Virus record (IMG/VR): IMGVR_UViG_3300044505_000030
Span: 1-38,727 of that record
Length of the DNA stretch: 38,727 nucleotides
Source: a virus
Taxonomy: Duplodnaviria; Caudoviricetes
Direction: 5' to 3' (one strand)
The notes under the pieces are model-generated. The model searched no databases. It saw only the letters and a program-made list of their open reading frames with translations, and was not told where the DNA came from. Position numbers and translations under genes: made by a program. Each line of letters opens with the position of its first letter. Within the stretch, counting starts at the first letter, position 1. Positions 36,522 through 38,727 of the stretch are shown one piece after another.

Positions 36522-36863
36522 ATGATGGCTCGATTCCTCGCCTTCTGCTGCGTTTTCGCGCTTGGTGCGTGCTCTACCCTCGGCGACCTGTTCGCGCCCG
36601 CTGCGCCGGCTTGTGAGCCGCTCACGGGCATGACCTACACGGTGCGCATCAAGGACGGCCAGCGGTTGGGCTCGGTCGAGAAGGCCGCGACGGCAGATGC
36701 CCGCTGCATCCCGCCAGGCCCGGGTACGTTCTCGGTCAAGGTCGAGCAAAAGGTCCTGTGCATGGCCGCCGATGGCTCCAGCCTGCTGGTGCTGTGGGAA
36801 GCCGAGCGCGGCGTGGGTGCTGCATACCGTAGCAGCACCAAGCTGCCGGGGTGCCTGCGTTGA
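36522..36863 (+). CDS. Putative lipoprotein
   Basis: Lipobox LGAC after a hydrophobic stretch. Confidence 0.55.
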   Translation: MMARFLAFCCVFALGACSTLGDLFAPAAPACEPLTGMTYTVRIKDGQRLGSVEKAATADARCIPPGPGTFSVKVEQKVLCMAADGSSLLVLWEAERGVGAAYRSSTKLPGCLR

Positions 36864-37068
36864 GGACGCATCTATCGCGGCCGTGGTGGCGTAAGCTGCT
36901 GCGGTTCCGGTGGCGGCGCGACCCGGACGCTGGGCGCGTCCTGTTCATCGGGCCGCTTGTTATCAGCTTGGACGTGATCCGTAGGCCGGGCTCGCGACAC
37001 AGTAACAACGCCCGCGCGTGAACTATTTCACGCCCACCCCCTAGAACGTAGGCGCACAGTGCGGGTCC

Positions 37069-37390
37069 ATGTGCCCGCTATGCAGTGAAGCGCATTCGCT
37101 GAGCAAGTGCCCGCGCTGGCGGGTCGGGCTGGCGCTGCTGATGCTGGCCGGCTCGGTGCAGGCGGGCCCCGGTGGCGGTGATCGAATCCGAGCTCGGGCA
37201 GATCACCCTAGACAGCGAGCCCGGGGCCTGCCTCGGCGCTGCGCGGGCGGCGATCTGGCGCAGCGCTGACGCTCAGACGGTCATCCCCGGGTGCTGGCGG
37301 CCGATTGATGGCGGGGTGCAGCTCGTCTTTTTGGACGGCGACGCGTTGAGGGTGCCGCTGAGGGCGCTAAAGAAGCCTACCGGGGCCTAA
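37069..37390 (+). pseudogene. Apparently frameshifted secreted protein (37069-37170 joined to 37172-37390)
   Basis: Signal-like LALLMLAGSVQAGP continues as VAVIESELG if one base is removed from GGGCCCCGG; stop TAA lies in attC-A inverse core. Confidence 0.55.
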
Positions 37391-37437
37391 CGTGCGTTCG
37401 AGCGCACGCTGGCGCGGCGCTCAACTTTGGATTAGGC
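37385..37437 (+). mobile_element. attC-like site A (variant)
   Basis: GCCTAAC-GTGC-GTTCGAGC...GCTCAAC-TTTGG-ATTAGGC; extra C in L''; short spacer and ATT instead of GTT core. Confidence 0.75.
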
Positions 37438-37445
37438 CCCGCAAT

Positions 37446-37658
37446 TCACTTCAGGCCCAGCATGCCGCGCAAGTCGCCACCCTTGCCCGCCTTGAACTGC
37501 ACGCTGCTGCCCGTGGCACGCACCTTGACGGCGCCGCTGGTCTGCTCCGTGATGGCGCCAGCCCACACGCGCGAGGCGTCATCCGCGCCCACTTCGGCGG
37601 TCAGGCGGCGCACGATCTTGGCCCACGTCTCGGCGGGCAGAGAAACGGTCTTAAACAT
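37446..37658 (-). CDS. Cassette-1 gene, 70-aa hypothetical protein
   Basis: AAGGAAG RBS; fills the space between attC-A and attC-B. Confidence 0.7.
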   Translation of the reverse strand: MFKTVSLPAETWAKIVRRLTAEVGADDASRVWAGAITEQTSGAVKVRATGSSVQFKAGKGGDLRGMLGLK

Positions 37659-37686
37659 CGGTCTTCCTTTGCATGCCCACAGCGGG

Positions 37687-37775
37687 GCCTAACACGGCGC
37701 TCAACCGGAGCGCCCACGGCATTCGTTCGCTTCGGCTACCGCAGCGCGGGGCGCCCGGTTAGCTCGGCGTTAGCC
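37687..37775 (+). mobile_element. Integron attC site B (89 bp)
   Basis: GCCTAAC-ACGGC-GCTCAACC-GGAGCGCCC...GGGCGCCC-GGTTAGC-TCGGC-GTTAGCC. Confidence 0.9.
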
Positions 37776-38524
37776 CGCATGTGGCATGCCACGAATAGGG
37801 CCGCTACTGCGGGAACAATGGCGTTGCCGTAGCCGCGCAACTGCTCCACACGATTGGGTATCCCATGACCCAGCGCGAAGACTCCTGGCTCAGCGCGCCG
37901 TCTTTTGCCGTCAGCCCCAACCACGGCCGCACTTGTCCAGGCAGGCAGTCCGGTTGCCGGCCTTCCGCCTGGCGGGCCTTGCTCAGCGCGCTGGCCCTCT
38001 CCCCGTCGCTCGCCTTCGGTGTCGCCCACGGCAACAAACCAGATTCGCTCGCGTTTCTGTGGCGCTGCGACGCTGCAAGCCGGAAGATCGGCGGACCCCA
38101 CGGCATAGCCTTGTGCCTCCAGGTCATCACGAACTCCGGCGAGCCATTCAAGTCCACCGCCTCGCGCAACCTGCTCTCCAAAGACCGTTGAAGGGCGGCG
38201 CTGCGCAATGAGGTCGCGCCACTGCGGCCACAGGTGGCGTTCGTCGGCTGTGCCGCTGCGCTGCCCGACAGCGCTGAATGGCTGGCATGGGCAAGAGCCG
38301 GTCCAGACTTCGCGGGTGTCTGGCCAGCCGGCGGCGCGCAGTGCAAGCCCCCAGCCTCCGATGCCGGCGAAGAAGTGGCATTGCTCGTATCCCACAAGGT
38401 CATCTGCTCCAACATCCTGAATGTCTCGCTGGTCAACATCGCCGGCGGGTATGTGCCCCTCGGCAATCAGTGCGCGCAGCCACCGGGCCGCGAATTCGTT
38501 GTGCTCGTTGTAGTATGCGGGCAT
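37736..38524 (-). CDS. Cassette-2 gene: C5-cytosine DNA methyltransferase, alpha chain
   Basis: FFAGIGG (I), GSCPCQPFS (IV), EQV (VI), QKRERIW (VIII), YGNAIV (X). Confidence 0.92.
   Translation of the reverse strand: MPAYYNEHNEFAARWLRALIAEGHIPAGDVDQRDIQDVGADDLVGYEQCHFFAGIGGWGLALRAAGWPDTREVWTGSCPCQPFSAVGQRSGTADERHLWPQWRDLIAQRRPSTVFGEQVARGGGLEWLAGVRDDLEAQGYAVGSADLPACSVAAPQKRERIWFVAVGDTEGERRGEGQRAEQGPPGGRPATGLPAWTSAAVVGADGKRRRAEPGVFALGHGIPNRVEQLRGYGNAIVPAVAALFVACHMRANAELTGRPALR
37804..38415 (-). CDS. Overlapping-frame MTase beta chain carrying motif IX (start could be up to 38466)
   Basis: WATPKASD and ALSQESSRWVMGYPIVW in a long alternative frame nested in the MTase gene. Confidence 0.7.
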   Translation of the reverse strand: MLEQMTLWDTSNATSSPASEAGGLHCAPPAGQTPAKSGPALAHASHSALSGSAAAQPTNATCGRSGATSLRSAALQRSLESRLREAVDLNGSPEFVMTWRHKAMPWGPPIFRLAASQRHRNASESGLLPWATPKASDGERASALSKARQAEGRQPDCLPGQVRPWLGLTAKDGALSQESSRWVMGYPIVWSSCAATATPLFPQ

Positions 38525-38549
38525 AGGTCTGTGCGCTTCGGCTGCTGCG

Positions 38550-38606
38550 GGCTAACACGCAATTCAAGCCGACCGGAGTACCGGCGGCTTAATTGCAACG
38601 TTAGGT
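38550..38606 (+). mobile_element. Integron attC site C (57 bp, canonical)
   Basis: GGCTAAC-ACGCA-ATTCAAGC-CGACCGGAGTACCGGCG-GCTTAAT-TGCAAC-GTTAGGT, same layout as aadA-type attC. Confidence 0.93.
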
Positions 38607-38727
38607 TGCATCAGACACCACGCTCTCAAGTTTTCCGCGCTTGCGAACGATCCGCTGTGCCCAGCCGCAATGCGCGCAGGCCCGCGTTGTCTCGCTCACG
38701 GCCGGGCCGTTGTACCAGTTGCCGTCC
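38601..38727 (+). repeat. Terminal overlap identical to 105-231
   Basis: Direct match. Confidence 0.95.

Noticed and set aside
38601-38727. Biological direct terminal repeat
   Set aside because: It matches an internal position (105), begins exactly at the allele branch point and is 127 bp long, which fits an assembly overlap better.
1-38727. tRNA/rRNA genes and a tyrosine or serine recombinase
   Set aside because: None recognisable by eye; tRNAscan-SE and HMM searches are needed to exclude them formally.

Overview
Essentially a complete, circularly permuted, GC-rich tailed-phage genome with a P22-like (podovirus) morphogenesis module. That module has TerS/TerL, a long portal, scaffold, P22-type coat, gp4/gp10-like tail proteins, three ejection proteins and two receptor-binding proteins. 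The genome also has a lambda-type replication initiator with an internal origin, two divergent promoter regions, nin-like nucleases, two HNH-AP2 endonucleases and a holin-like region. I could not recognise an integrase, CI repressor, helicase or endolysin. The standout feature spans the contig ends: an integron-type array of four attC-like sites (37385-37437, 37687-37775, 38550-38606 and a degenerate one at 352-395) with no intI. The sites delimit three gene cassettes whose genes all point opposite to the canonical cassette orientation. The contig start (1-231) is an allele in which cassettes 1+2 (37432-38600, 1169 bp) have been removed at the attC core positions, so both excised and intact forms appear in the data. 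One cassette encodes a C5 DNA methyltransferase apparently split across two overlapping reading frames (M.EcoHK31I-like). All protein assignments are from motifs and synteny read by eye; no searches were run.
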